DNA from: an uncultured Eubacteriales bacterium
Lineage (GTDB): Bacteria > Bacillota > Clostridia > Oscillospirales > UBA644
DNA: 64,000 bases
NCBI GenBank assembly: GCA_934501435.1
Contig: CAKSTW010000007.1
Span: forward strand, 1,347-65,346
Direction: 5' to 3'
The notes under the pieces were generated by a model. The model did no database searches, was not told the DNA's origin, and worked only from the letters and a program-made list of their open reading frames with translations. The translations under genes were made by a program, and so were the position numbers. This document shows positions 10,097-20,128 of this stretch, one piece after another; within the stretch, counting starts at the first letter, position 1; each line of letters opens with the position of its first letter.

Positions 10097-10669
10097 TCAA
10101 AGTTCCTTGACCAACTGTTCAAATTCCGCTTTCGTGACCGTCATATTGAGCGCTTCGACAATTTTCGTGTTCGAAAGGCGTAAAGGAAGCGCAAGTCTTT
10201 TTAACAGCGTTCTTTTCTTTTCGACGCAGTTGTCGTTTCCGTAAATACCCGCCGCGTAAAGGTCCGTTTTGGTTATTTTCTCTCCCGAAAATTCGGACGG
10301 GGTCGCCCCTGCCTTTTCGAGAGCCGCGCGAATCGCGTCTTTCGGAACGCCCTCAACGCCGAGAAGCCCTTCCGCCGACGGTTTTTCCTTGCGGCTTTCT
10401 TTCCCCTCAATTGTCGGGATATAAGCGTTCTTTATATATTTTTTGTCGACGAAACTTTCGATATACTGCCGTATCTTAAAGCCCGCGCCGTCGCTGTCGG
10501 TGAGTATTATTATTCCGCGTTTTTTTGCGACTTCCCTTATCCAGAGCCGCAGTTCGGCGTCCCTAAAGATACGGAACCCCCGCGTCGTTATGACGGTCGC
10601 GTCGCAGACCTGCTTTATTGCGGTCTCGTCGTATTTGCCTTCGGCGATTATGACTTCGTTTATCCTCAT
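10097..10669 (-). CDS. rnmV: ribonuclease M5 / Toprim-domain protein
   Basis: I trimmed the start to MRINEVIIAEGKYD (ATG at 10669), which overlaps the holA stop. Has a Toprim-like IILTDSDGAGFKIR motif. Confidence 0.7.
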   Translation of the reverse strand: MRINEVIIAEGKYDETAIKQVCDATVITTRGFRIFRDAELRLWIREVAKKRGIIILTDSDGAGFKIRQYIESFVDKKYIKNAYIPTIEGKESRKEKPSAEGLLGVEGVPKDAIRAALEKAGATPSEFSGEKITKTDLYAAGIYGNDNCVEKKRTLLKRLALPLRLSNTKIVEALNMTVTKAEFEQLVKEL

Positions 10670-11673
10670 AGTTTCGAAACACATTCCGCGATCAGGCGGT
10701 AGACCGAATCCTCCGTTGAAACGGCGGTGCTCTTTGAGGAGATGTCGGCGGCGATACAACATTCGAGCAGCGCGTTTATCTGCCCGTCCGACAGGCGGCG
10801 CGCGATCTCGCAGTTTTTCTGCGTCGGATATTCCTTTGTCCCCATTATTTTGCCTATTTCGCTCTGCGTTTTTCGCTCTTCGAGCAATATTTTTGTTTTT
10901 GCTATCGTCGCGACCGCGTTTTCTATCGAATAAAGCAGAATAAGGGGATAGGTGTTCATCGCAAGCATCTTTTTGCAGATATCATAGGCGGCGTCGCAGT
11001 TTTTAGAGAATATCGCGTTCGTCATCTCATAACTTTTCGCGTCGTAACTTTTCGTCGAAAGCAGGTCGATATCCGCCTGCGAAACGGTTTTTTCATCTTC
11101 TTTATAAAAGATGAGTTTGTCCATTTCGTTTTTCAGAAGAAACATATCGGCGGGCACGTTTTTTACGAAATATTCGGCTGTCTGCCGCGAAACCGTAAAC
11201 CCGTGTTTCGAAAAGTATCCCGATACCCACCGAATAAGTTCGCTTTCCGCGGGAGTGTCGCAGACGACCGAAAGCCCGTTTGCTTTGACGAATTTTTCGA
11301 AAGCCTTATATTCCGCCGTGCGCTTGTCGTATTTTTCGACGTCGCAGTATATAACAAGGCACATTTCGTCCGATAAAAGACCCTCTTCTTCCGAAAGAAG
11401 AGAAACGACCGGCGACGAAACCGGCAGATCGGTTATTATATAGAGTTTTTTTGCCGAAACGAGCGGCAGGGAGCGGACGTTTTCGGTAAACTCTTCCGTC
11501 GAAAGGTCTTTGCCGTCCGCCGTCATCAGGTCGAAATCGTTCCCTTCGGGAAGCACCGCCTTTTTCAGAGAAGAAAGCCAATGCTCCTTAAGGTACGGTT
11601 CGTTTCCCGTTATCAGATATATTTTGCGGAAACTTTTTTCCGCAATGTCGTTTTTTAAGAATTCAAGACTCAT
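10666..11673 (-). CDS. holA: DNA polymerase III delta subunit
   Basis: 335 aa with a HolA-like N-terminus (IYLITGNEPYLKE). Conserved neighbourhood. Confidence 0.8.
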   Translation of the reverse strand: MSLEFLKNDIAEKSFRKIYLITGNEPYLKEHWLSSLKKAVLPEGNDFDLMTADGKDLSTEEFTENVRSLPLVSAKKLYIITDLPVSSPVVSLLSEEEGLLSDEMCLVIYCDVEKYDKRTAEYKAFEKFVKANGLSVVCDTPAESELIRWVSGYFSKHGFTVSRQTAEYFVKNVPADMFLLKNEMDKLIFYKEDEKTVSQADIDLLSTKSYDAKSYEMTNAIFSKNCDAAYDICKKMLAMNTYPLILLYSIENAVATIAKTKILLEERKTQSEIGKIMGTKEYPTQKNCEIARRLSDGQINALLECCIAADISSKSTAVSTEDSVYRLIAECVSKL

Positions 11674-11675
11674 TT

Positions 11676-14030
11676 TTATTTAAGCGTGACTATCGTTACG
11701 CCCGCTTCTCCTTCTCCGAACGTGCCGAGGCGGTACTCTTCGACAAGCGGATTTCTCTTTAACATCGTGTGTACGCCCTGCCGCAAAACTCCCGTGCCTT
11801 TTCCGTGGATAATACTTACAGTTTTAAGCCCCGAAAGGTAGCAGTTGTGTATAAAATCGTCAACGATAGTTTCTGCGTCGAGCAGATTTTCGCCCCGGAT
11901 ATCGAGTTCGCGGGAGACCTGCCTCGAACCTCTTTCGGTCTTCACCGACGGCGTCGGAACAGGCTTGAAATCGGTCTTTACTTTCGGCTTTTCGCAAAGT
12001 TCAAGGTCGGAAAGTTTTACTTTCGTGCGGATTATTCCCGCCTGCAATTCGACATAACCTTTTTTGTCGGCGGGGGAAAGGACGGTCGCTTCTTTTCCGA
12101 GAGAAACGATTTTTACCGTGTCTCCCTTTGCGAGAGGTCTGTCTATCGGTTTTTTCGCCTGCGGCCGCAGTTTTTCTTCTATTTTTGATTTTTCTTCGTA
12201 ATCTTTTCTTGCCTTGTCGAGTTTTTCTTTGAAATTCTTTTTGTCTTTTTCCCGTCTTACTTCTTCGAGTTCGTCGAGGATAAATTCGCTTTCGGTCACG
12301 GTCTTTTCCCAAAGCGCCCGCGCTTTTTTCAGAGCGTTTTCCGCCTCTTTTTCGGCGTTTTTCTTCGACTCTTCGGCGTCAATACGCAGTTTTTCGCAGT
12401 ATTCCTCCGCCTCTTTTAACTTGTTTGCCGCCGTCTTTTCGTTTTCTTCTATTTCTCTGCGGCTTATCTCAAGGTCCGCAAGCACCGTTTCGACCCTTAC
12501 CGTGTCGGAGGATATCTGCTCTTTCGCGTCGGCAATTATCTCTTCGGGCATACCGAGCCTTGAAGCGATGGCAAAGGCGTTCGATTTGCCGGGAAGCCCC
12601 GTAACGAGTTTATAGGTCGGCTTTAATGTCGCAAGGTCGAATTCGCAGGAGGCGTTTTCGACGCCGTCGGTGTGAATGGCAAAAAGTTTGAGTTCGGGAT
12701 AGTGGGTCGTCGCCGCTATTTTCGCCCCTCTGCCCATCAGCGTTTTTATTATCGAAACCGCGAGCGCCGCGCCCTCCGCAGGGTCTGTTCCGCCGCCGAG
12801 TTCGTCGAGAAGAATGAGAGAATTGCCGTCCGCGCCGTCGATTATTTTTATGATGTTCGACATGTGCGAAGAAAAAGTCGAAAGGGACTGTTCTATCGAC
12901 TGTTCGTCGCCGATATCCGCATAAATTTTATCGAAAAACGCAACTGTGCTGCCCTCTTTTGCCGGAATGAAAAGCCCGCATTTCGCCATGAGACAGAGAA
13001 GACCCGCCGTTTTTAACGTTACGGTTTTGCCGCCGGTATTCGGTCCCGTTATCATCAGGACCGAATATTTTTCGCCGAGGGAAATATCGGTCGGGACAAC
13101 GGTGTTTTTGTCTATAAGCGGGTGTCTTGCCCTTGAAAGGCGGATAATTCCGTCTTCGTTTATTTCGGGAAGCACCGCCGACATTTTGTCCGCGAGTTTT
13201 GCCTTTGCGAAAAGCAGGTCGAAATAGACCGCAAGGAAATAACTTTGTCTTATTCCGTCGGCAAAGCCCGAAACCTCCTCCGAAAGGGCAGCCAGAATCG
13301 CCTCTATCTCGTGTTTTTCCTCCGACGCCAAAAGAGAGAGGTCGTTGTTTGCCGAAACGACGCTCACCGGCTCAATAAAGACGGTCGAGCCGCTTGCCGA
13401 GGTGTCGTGGACAAGCCCCGGAATTTCGTTTTTGTTTTCCGCCTTGACGGGGATAACGAATCGGTCGTTTCTTATCGTTACAATGTTGTCCTGCAGATAT
13501 TTCTGATAATTCGGCGATTTGATATAACTTTCAAGCGACGAGCGTATTTTGTTCTTCGCCTGCGCCGTTTTTCTTCTTATTTCGTGAAGCCGCGACGACG
13601 CCCTGTCCGAAACTTCTTCTTCCGACGGGAAATCGGTGAAAATTTTATCTTCGAGATATCTGTTCGACGAAAATTTCGGCAGATAGCCTTTTAACAGACC
13701 TTCTTCGGCATGATTCTGCAGATATTCTTCGAGAAGCCTTGAGGTGCGGAGAAGCCGCGCTGTTTTCAGAAATTCGCCTATTGATAAAACCGCGCCTCTT
13801 TCCGCTTTTTTGACGCTTTCCGAAACGTCGGTTATCCCCGAAAAAGAGGGGGCGGAGTATTTTTTATATAAAACGAACGCTTCGTCGGTTTCGCGAAGCG
13901 CCTGCCTGCATTTTTCCGCCGAATCAAAGGGCTTTGTTTCCTCCGCCGCTTTTTTCGCGGAAGTTGACACGCAGCAGTCGGAAAGCAGCAGCAATATCTT
14001 ATCAAGTTCGAGAGTTTTTATTTCATTCAT
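11676..14030 (-). CDS. mutS2: endonuclease MutS2 (MutS ATPase domain plus C-terminal Smr domain)
   Basis: Walker A motif ITGPNTGGKT, a coiled-coil region, and a C-terminal Smr domain (LDIRGENLLDAE...IIHGKGTGVLR). Start trimmed to MNEIKTLELDKIL at 14030. Confidence 0.9.
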   Translation of the reverse strand: MNEIKTLELDKILLLLSDCCVSTSAKKAAEETKPFDSAEKCRQALRETDEAFVLYKKYSAPSFSGITDVSESVKKAERGAVLSIGEFLKTARLLRTSRLLEEYLQNHAEEGLLKGYLPKFSSNRYLEDKIFTDFPSEEEVSDRASSRLHEIRRKTAQAKNKIRSSLESYIKSPNYQKYLQDNIVTIRNDRFVIPVKAENKNEIPGLVHDTSASGSTVFIEPVSVVSANNDLSLLASEEKHEIEAILAALSEEVSGFADGIRQSYFLAVYFDLLFAKAKLADKMSAVLPEINEDGIIRLSRARHPLIDKNTVVPTDISLGEKYSVLMITGPNTGGKTVTLKTAGLLCLMAKCGLFIPAKEGSTVAFFDKIYADIGDEQSIEQSLSTFSSHMSNIIKIIDGADGNSLILLDELGGGTDPAEGAALAVSIIKTLMGRGAKIAATTHYPELKLFAIHTDGVENASCEFDLATLKPTYKLVTGLPGKSNAFAIASRLGMPEEIIADAKEQISSDTVRVETVLADLEISRREIEENEKTAANKLKEAEEYCEKLRIDAEESKKNAEKEAENALKKARALWEKTVTESEFILDELEEVRREKDKKNFKEKLDKARKDYEEKSKIEEKLRPQAKKPIDRPLAKGDTVKIVSLGKEATVLSPADKKGYVELQAGIIRTKVKLSDLELCEKPKVKTDFKPVPTPSVKTERGSRQVSRELDIRGENLLDAETIVDDFIHNCYLSGLKTVSIIHGKGTGVLRQGVHTMLKRNPLVEEYRLGTFGEGEAGVTIVTLK

Positions 14031-14808
14031 TATTTTTGTCGTTTCCTTTCGAGACAAGAGCCTCAATGTCCCTTATCTGCCTGAAACAGTCGAGGGACTG
14101 ATAACTGCGCTCGGTCACGAACGCAAGGTATTTTTCGGTCAGACCGCCGACGTAAGAGAGAATTTTATCGTCGGCAAAAACGGCATAAGCGCCGAGATTG
14201 TCGGTCGAGAGAATGTGGGTGACTATCTTCCGTATCGTGTCGTTTATCTTATAGCCGGGACGGTCTTTTCCGCAGTCTTTACAGTATATCCCGCGGTCGA
14301 AGACCCAGATGTCGCCCTCGTCTTTGCCGCAGGCGCAGCATTCCGAAAAGTCGGGCTCAAAGCCCTGATATTTCGCGAATTTGAGTTCAAAGACCATTTT
14401 TACGGCGAGAGGGGAGATGTCCTTTTTTTTGCAGAGAACGTAAATTGAGTTTAAGAGCAGCCGCAGAAACATGAATTCGTCGCCCGAAAGCGATTCTTTC
14501 GGAAGATACATACAGACTTCCGCGAAATATTGGGCAAGCGAAAGCGCCGAAAGGTCTTCCCTGAGTTCGTAGAAGTTCTCTTTCGGTTCTGCCGTGTCTA
14601 CGATATACAGCCCCTGTTTTCCGGAACGGTAAAGATCGAATTCCGAATAGGAAAACGGCTGCGTGAAAATAACCGAACGGCGGCTTTTTTTCACGCCCCT
14701 GACCAGCGCATCAATCCTCCCCGAATTTGAAGAAAGAAGGGAGAGGATAAGGTCGTTTTCCTTGTACGGAGCGGTTTTCAATACGATTGCGTCAATTTTA
14801 CTGTTCAT
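14023..14808 (-). CDS. recO: DNA repair protein RecO
   Basis: 261 aa. Has an N-terminal OB-fold region (AIVLKTAPYKENDLIL) and a Cys-rich zinc motif (CCACGK...CKDCG). Sits downstream of era. Confidence 0.85.
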   Translation of the reverse strand: MNSKIDAIVLKTAPYKENDLILSLLSSNSGRIDALVRGVKKSRRSVIFTQPFSYSEFDLYRSGKQGLYIVDTAEPKENFYELREDLSALSLAQYFAEVCMYLPKESLSGDEFMFLRLLLNSIYVLCKKKDISPLAVKMVFELKFAKYQGFEPDFSECCACGKDEGDIWVFDRGIYCKDCGKDRPGYKINDTIRKIVTHILSTDNLGAYAVFADDKILSYVGGLTEKYLAFVTERSYQSLDCFRQIRDIEALVSKGNDKNNE

Positions 14809-15673
14809 TTTCGGCGATGTATTTTTCGTCGTCCCTCCAGCCTTCTTTTACTTTGACAAAACATTCAAGATATACTTTTTTACCGAGAAGTTTTTCCATG
14901 TCTTCTCTTGCGGCGGTCGCGGCTTTTTTGATGCCTTCGCCGTTTTTGCCTATGATTATGCCTTTGTGGGAGGCTCTTTCGCAGACGACCGTCGCCATTA
15001 TTTCGACGAGAGGTTTGTCCTCCCTTTCCTTAAAGGAGTCTATTTCGATATTTATTCCGTGCGGAACTTCGTCGTCGAGCCTGCGGATAAGTTTTTCCCT
15101 GAGAATTTCGGAAACAAGCTGACGTTCGGTTCTGTCGGTCGAAATATCGTCGGGGTAATATGCGGTGTCTCCGTGCGCGAATTTTGTTATTTCGTCGATA
15201 AGCGGCGAAATATTGTCTTTTTTCAAAGCGCTTAAAGGAACAACCGCCGCAAAATCGGCAAGTTCGGAATATTCCATGATCGCTTTTGCGACGTAGTCTT
15301 TTTTTACCGAATCGGTCTTATTTATAACGAGAATGAGGGGAACTCCGTCGTTTTTGAAACGCGTTATAAGTTCCTTTTCCGTTTTGCCGGGGCTTCTCGG
15401 TTCGACGACGAGGACCGCGCAGTCGACTCCGTCCACCGCCTCGTTTATGTCCCTTATCATCTTTTCCCCGAGTTTGTTTTTCGGCTTATGTACGCCGGGG
15501 GTGTCTATAAAAACAAGCTGTAAATTTTCGCGGTTGTAAATTCCGGTAATTTTCCCGCGCGTCGTTTGCGGCTTCGAAGAAACTATCGAAATTTTTTCGC
15601 CGATTATCGCGTTGAGAAGAGTGCTTTTCCCGACGTTCGGTCTGCCTATGATGGTTATAAATCCTGATTTCAT
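14798..15673 (-). CDS. era: GTPase Era
   Basis: 291 aa. Has GRPNVGKST, DTPG and NKTD motifs and a C-terminal KH domain. Confidence 0.95.
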   Translation of the reverse strand: MKSGFITIIGRPNVGKSTLLNAIIGEKISIVSSKPQTTRGKITGIYNRENLQLVFIDTPGVHKPKNKLGEKMIRDINEAVDGVDCAVLVVEPRSPGKTEKELITRFKNDGVPLILVINKTDSVKKDYVAKAIMEYSELADFAAVVPLSALKKDNISPLIDEITKFAHGDTAYYPDDISTDRTERQLVSEILREKLIRRLDDEVPHGINIEIDSFKEREDKPLVEIMATVVCERASHKGIIIGKNGEGIKKAATAAREDMEKLLGKKVYLECFVKVKEGWRDDEKYIAENEQ

Positions 15674-15677
15674 CTAT

Positions 15678-16133
15678 TTATTTCCTTTTCTTTTTTTCGG
15701 GTAAAAATATAAAAAGTATCGCGGCGGCAATGAATATCGCCGTCAGAATAAGCCCTGTCGGCGCCAGAATTGCCGAAAAAGCACGTCCGAGTTTTTCAGC
15801 GTCCGAAAAAATGAAGATCGCCGAAAGAACCGCGAACAAAGCCTTTATAAGGACGGCTCCCGCCGCAAGATCTTTTGCTTTTCTTATTCCCTCGCAATTT
15901 TCTTTCGTCACCGTGTCGCAAAGCCTTTCGAGCGAGGTGTTGAAACTTTCGGCGGAAAGCACCGCGGCAAAAATAATGAACAAAACGACCCATTCGGTTT
16001 TCGAAACGCCGTAAAGACAGGCGAAAACCGAGACGGCGACCGCGGCGACAACGTCAATTCTGAAATTCCGCTCGGCAAACGCCGAAAATATGCCGCGGAA
16101 AGCGTATCCGAAACTTTTTATCAGCGCTTTCAT
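15678..16133 (-). CDS. dgkA: diacylglycerol kinase / undecaprenol kinase family membrane protein
   Basis: 151 aa with three TM segments. Occupies the position between ybeY and era that is typical of Firmicutes. Confidence 0.8.
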   Translation of the reverse strand: MKALIKSFGYAFRGIFSAFAERNFRIDVVAAVAVSVFACLYGVSKTEWVVLFIIFAAVLSAESFNTSLERLCDTVTKENCEGIRKAKDLAAGAVLIKALFAVLSAIFIFSDAEKLGRAFSAILAPTGLILTAIFIAAAILFIFLPEKKKRK

Positions 16134-16600
16134 CTTGTTATTCCCATGTCGTTAAGAACTTTTTCCTGTTTTGCAAACATCTCTTTTTCCTCTTCGGGGA
16201 CTATGTGGTCGTACCCCAAAAGGTGGAGGACCGAATGTGCGGTCAGAAACGCGACTTCCCTTCTGAAAGAGTGTCCGTATTCTTCGCTCTGCGTTTTCGC
16301 TCTTTCAAGGGAAAGCGCAATATCTCCGAGAAAACGTCCCTTGCCCTCAACGACGGGCTCGTCCGCAGGAAAAGAAAGAACGTCGGTCGCCCTGTCGATA
16401 TTTCTGAATTCGCGGTTGAGTTCCCGTATTCTCGCGTTGTCGACAAACGTCACGCTTACCGATGCTCCGTCATTTTCGTGTTCGCTTTCGAGAACCGCCG
16501 AAACGACTTTTCTCACGGTCTTTTTCGTCTCGTTTATAACGCCTTTTATTTCGGTCTGCTCATTTATTATTTCTATAATATCTTTTCTTTTCATCGGCAA
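16130..16600 (-). CDS. ybeY: rRNA maturation RNase YbeY
   Basis: 156 aa with the zinc motif HSVLHLLGYDH. Confidence 0.9.
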   Translation of the reverse strand: MPMKRKDIIEIINEQTEIKGVINETKKTVRKVVSAVLESEHENDGASVSVTFVDNARIRELNREFRNIDRATDVLSFPADEPVVEGKGRFLGDIALSLERAKTQSEEYGHSFRREVAFLTAHSVLHLLGYDHIVPEEEKEMFAKQEKVLNDMGITR

Positions 16601-17564
16601 GTTTCGCTTCCTTTTTCGCCTCTGCTTTTTCGTAAGCCTGAATTATTTTCTGAACGAGCTGGTGTCTTACGACGTCCTTGTGCGTGAGGTTGCATATCTT
16701 TATATCGTCGATTCCCTGTAAGATCGAGATCGCGTCCTTAAGCCCGCTTTTTTTATCGGCCGGCAGGTCTATCTGGGTTATGTCGCCCGTGACGACTATT
16801 TTCGAGCGGAACCCCATTCGGGTAAGGAACATCTTCATCTGTTCGACGGTGGTGTTCTGCGCTTCGTCAAGGATTATGAAGGAATCGTCGAGCGTCCGCC
16901 CTCTCATATACGCAAGGGGCGCCACTTCGATAACGTTCTTTTCGACGTATCTCTGATATGTCTCCGTTCCGAGCATATCGAAAAGCGCGTCGTGCAAAGG
17001 TCTTAAATAAGGGTCGACTTTGTTCTGCAGGTCTCCCGGAAGAAAGCCGAGTTTTTCGCCCGCTTCGACCGCCGGACGCGTTATGACTATACGGCTCACC
17101 TGCTTGTTTCTCAACGACGTGACTGCCATCGCGACCGCAAGATAGGTTTTTCCCGTTCCCGCGGGCCCTACCCCTACCGTCACCGAGTTTTCGCGGATAT
17201 TCTTTATATATTCCTTCTGTCCCAGCGTTTTCGGTTTTATCGGTTTTCCTTTTGCGGTAATGCAGATGCAGTCGCTGTCTATCTCGTCAATTTTGTCTCC
17301 GTTTCCCTCTGCGACAAGAGAAATAAAATACGAAACGTTCTGTTCCGTTATCGCGTCTCCTCTTTTCGCGCGGCGCAGAAGCCCCTCGACGACTTGCCGC
17401 GCTTTTTCGACGCTTTCTTCGTCGTCTCCGCTTATTTTAACGGCGGAATCGCGGGTTATCACCTTTACGCCGAATTCTTCTTCGACGGCTTTCATGTTTC
17501 CGTCGTATTCCCCGAAGACCGCTCCGAGAGACTGTGTGTCGCTTACGTCTATGAGTTTTTCCAT
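16560..17564 (-). CDS. phoH: PhoH-family ATPase
   Basis: 334 aa. Has Walker A GPAGTGKTYLA and an ILDEAQN box. Confidence 0.9.
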   Translation of the reverse strand: MEKLIDVSDTQSLGAVFGEYDGNMKAVEEEFGVKVITRDSAVKISGDDEESVEKARQVVEGLLRRAKRGDAITEQNVSYFISLVAEGNGDKIDEIDSDCICITAKGKPIKPKTLGQKEYIKNIRENSVTVGVGPAGTGKTYLAVAMAVTSLRNKQVSRIVITRPAVEAGEKLGFLPGDLQNKVDPYLRPLHDALFDMLGTETYQRYVEKNVIEVAPLAYMRGRTLDDSFIILDEAQNTTVEQMKMFLTRMGFRSKIVVTGDITQIDLPADKKSGLKDAISILQGIDDIKICNLTHKDVVRHQLVQKIIQAYEKAEAKKEAKLADEKKRYYRNNK

Positions 17565-17574
17565 ATATTCTCCT

Positions 17575-18735
17575 TTAATTTCTGAAAATTTCCTTTTCCG
17601 CCGCGATATCCGAAATTACGGTACAGTAATATTTTACCGTAACGCCCTTCGAATCGCGTATTATTTCGGTGTTTACCTCTTCTGCAAAATTTGTTTCGTT
17701 GAAGACCCTGAATTTTTCCTCCGCCTCGGCGACGGCTTCCTTTTCCGCCTCTTCGGGAGTTCTTGCCGCTTTGCTTTTTTCGGTTTTATAAAAGACCGTT
17801 TTCTCAACGGAGAACGGCAGATATCCGTTTTCTCCGATCTTAAGATGTTTTATGTCGTTTTCTTCTTCGCAAATTTCAAACGGACAACTTCCGACCGAAA
17901 ACGAAAGTCCGAAAATATTGAAAGTATACGCCGTCTTCTTTTCGCCCGTTCTTTCTTCTTTTTCATATTCGTAAGGGCGGTATGCCGTTATTTCTTTTTC
18001 GGTCCGCGCGATAATTTCCGCCTTTGCGTGAACCGTTCGGAAACCGACGTATTTGCTGTCGAAAACGCCGCTTACCAGAAGATCTCCCTTTGCGACGACG
18101 TCGTTTTCTTTGCAGAGAGTGACCCCCGAATATACTTTTGCCGAAATGATTATTCCGGGTGAAGACGCAACGATGTTGCAGGGAGAATACTGATCGACCG
18201 TCTCAGGCGGCAGCCTTCGTTCGGTCACTTCGACTTTTGCAAAACTGCCTTTAATATTCACCGCGACAAACGCAACGTCGGGAAAATCCCGCAAAAGCAA
18301 GAGCTGCAGGTCGTTTATGTCGCCGCGGTGCGACGGTCCTCCGACTTTTACTCCGTATTCCGCAAGTTTTTCCTCGAATTTTTTTATGTCGGTGTTTTCG
18401 CAGCCCGTTATTTCTATTTTCCACAAAAACCGCGACGATATGAAAACAAAAGCGAAAAGGAGGAGCGCTCCGGCAAGTATCCCGTATCTGAAACGGTATT
18501 TTTTAACGGTGTGCGAAAGTCCGCTTTGCGAAATTTCGGTATATACAAGCCTGCATTTTTTTGCGATCTCCCTGACGTCGCCCGTCTGCCACGGACGGGT
18601 TTTCGCCGAAAAAACGTCTCCGTTTCTTTTAATATCCCAGAGTTCGACGCCTTCTGCGGCGGCAAGGGTCAGAAAATCTTCGGGAAAGTCTCCCCACAGT
18701 TCAAAGCGGACGGAACCGAAAAGCCTGTCGGTCAT
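17575..18735 (-). CDS. yqfD: sporulation protein YqfD
   Basis: 386 aa with one central TM segment. Sits immediately downstream of the yqfC-like gene in the conserved sporulation block. Confidence 0.8.
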   Translation of the reverse strand: MTDRLFGSVRFELWGDFPEDFLTLAAAEGVELWDIKRNGDVFSAKTRPWQTGDVREIAKKCRLVYTEISQSGLSHTVKKYRFRYGILAGALLLFAFVFISSRFLWKIEITGCENTDIKKFEEKLAEYGVKVGGPSHRGDINDLQLLLLRDFPDVAFVAVNIKGSFAKVEVTERRLPPETVDQYSPCNIVASSPGIIISAKVYSGVTLCKENDVVAKGDLLVSGVFDSKYVGFRTVHAKAEIIARTEKEITAYRPYEYEKEERTGEKKTAYTFNIFGLSFSVGSCPFEICEEENDIKHLKIGENGYLPFSVEKTVFYKTEKSKAARTPEEAEKEAVAEAEEKFRVFNETNFAEEVNTEIIRDSKGVTVKYYCTVISDIAAEKEIFRN

Positions 18736-18744
18736 AAAATCCTC

Positions 18745-18972
18745 CTAATCCGTGTAGTCAAGGGTGAAAATTCTGCCCGTGACGACGACGGCTCTGCTTT
18801 TAATATCGGATAAAGTAAGATTTTCTCCGATAATCCGCAGGCGGAAGTTTTTATATTTCAGTTTGACTGTCTCGCTCTGATATTCTTCGATTTTTACGAA
18901 ACCTTCCGCGAAAACGGTGTCTCTTCCGAAAATTTCGACGGACGCTTCGGGATAACGGTCGCTTTTGCTCAT
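18745..18972 (-). CDS. yqfC: YabP/YqfC-family sporulation protein
   Basis: 75 aa. Called from its size and its position ahead of yqfD. Confidence 0.7.
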   Translation of the reverse strand: MSKSDRYPEASVEIFGRDTVFAEGFVKIEEYQSETVKLKYKNFRLRIIGENLTLSDIKSRAVVVTGRIFTLDYTD

Positions 18973-19030
18973 TTTTCTCCCTCACAGATATGTTCTCGGA
19001 AATATCTATGCGGGAAAAACAGCGAAAATT

Positions 19031-19954
19031 CTATTCTTCGCCCTTTATAAAGGCAAGGAGTATATTTCTGTAATTGTAATCGTTCTTCACCATTCCGTAA
19101 AGATGCTCGCAGTCGGGAATGAGCCACAGTTTTACGTCGTTCTGCTTTTCGGCGGCGGATTTCACCGTCTGAAAAGTGTCCGACGGCAGAATGCCGTCCT
19201 CCTGTCCGTAAATGAGAAGAATTTTCTTTCCCGACGTTTTTTCAAGAGTTTCGACGGGGGACGGGTAGGAATAATCGACGGGAGAGACCGCCGGCAAAAA
19301 GAGTTTTACGGCGGAATTGAAAAATCCGTTTTGAACGCCCGTGAAATAAGACATACTCTGCGAAAGCAGAGCAGACAGATCGGCGTAAAGACTGTCCGCG
19401 ATTATCTTTTCAATGCCCTTTTTATTTGCCGTTTCGATGACGGGGGCGGCTCCGAAACCGAGCCCGTAAAGGATTATTTCGCCGTCCGGAATAAGTTCTT
19501 TTATCTTATCCGTCACCGCGCAGAGTTCTTCCGTCTCTTCCTTCTGACCGAAAGAATAGCCTTTGCCGTCGGACGAGCCGCTGCCCGTATAGTCGAACAT
19601 TACGACGTTAAGTCCGTTCCTGCATAAAAATTTTACCGTATGTAAGAGAGAAATATCGTTCATTTCCCTGTTGTCGGAATAGTTGTGGGAAACTATGACG
19701 GTCTGCATACTTTCCGAAACGCTGTCCTTATCTTCCTGAGCGGGAATAAACCATGCGGAAATCTTTCCGTTTTCCGTCGGAATTTCAAGACCGTCGAAAT
19801 AAAGTCCGAGTTCGTTGGGAGTGGAACGCAGCATTTTGCGTTCGGGGTCGTAGACCTTTTTTGCCGCGATCACAGCCGAGACGGTAAAGACCGCCGCCGA
19901 CAGGAAAAGAAGCGCCGCAAGAATTATACATACCGTTCTGACGATTTTTTTCAT
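19031..19954 (-). CDS. membrane-anchored alpha/beta hydrolase
   Basis: 307 aa with an N-terminal TM segment. Has a nucleophile-elbow-like GLGFGA motif and a C-terminal CEH (His) motif. Confidence 0.7.
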   Translation of the reverse strand: MKKIVRTVCIILAALLFLSAAVFTVSAVIAAKKVYDPERKMLRSTPNELGLYFDGLEIPTENGKISAWFIPAQEDKDSVSESMQTVIVSHNYSDNREMNDISLLHTVKFLCRNGLNVVMFDYTGSGSSDGKGYSFGQKEETEELCAVTDKIKELIPDGEIILYGLGFGAAPVIETANKKGIEKIIADSLYADLSALLSQSMSYFTGVQNGFFNSAVKLFLPAVSPVDYSYPSPVETLEKTSGKKILLIYGQEDGILPSDTFQTVKSAAEKQNDVKLWLIPDCEHLYGMVKNDYNYRNILLAFIKGEE

Positions 19955-20128
19955 ATCTTCTTCCTTTCACTATTTCAATATACATTATACTATATATTAC
20001 AGCCGAAATCAATAAGGAAAAAGGAAAAATTTTGACAAAATTCTATGCTCTGTCTCTTGACAAAGCACCATCTGATATTATATAATTACAGATAATGTTT
20101 ATAAAAGGGAAAAGGGAAAAAAAGGGAT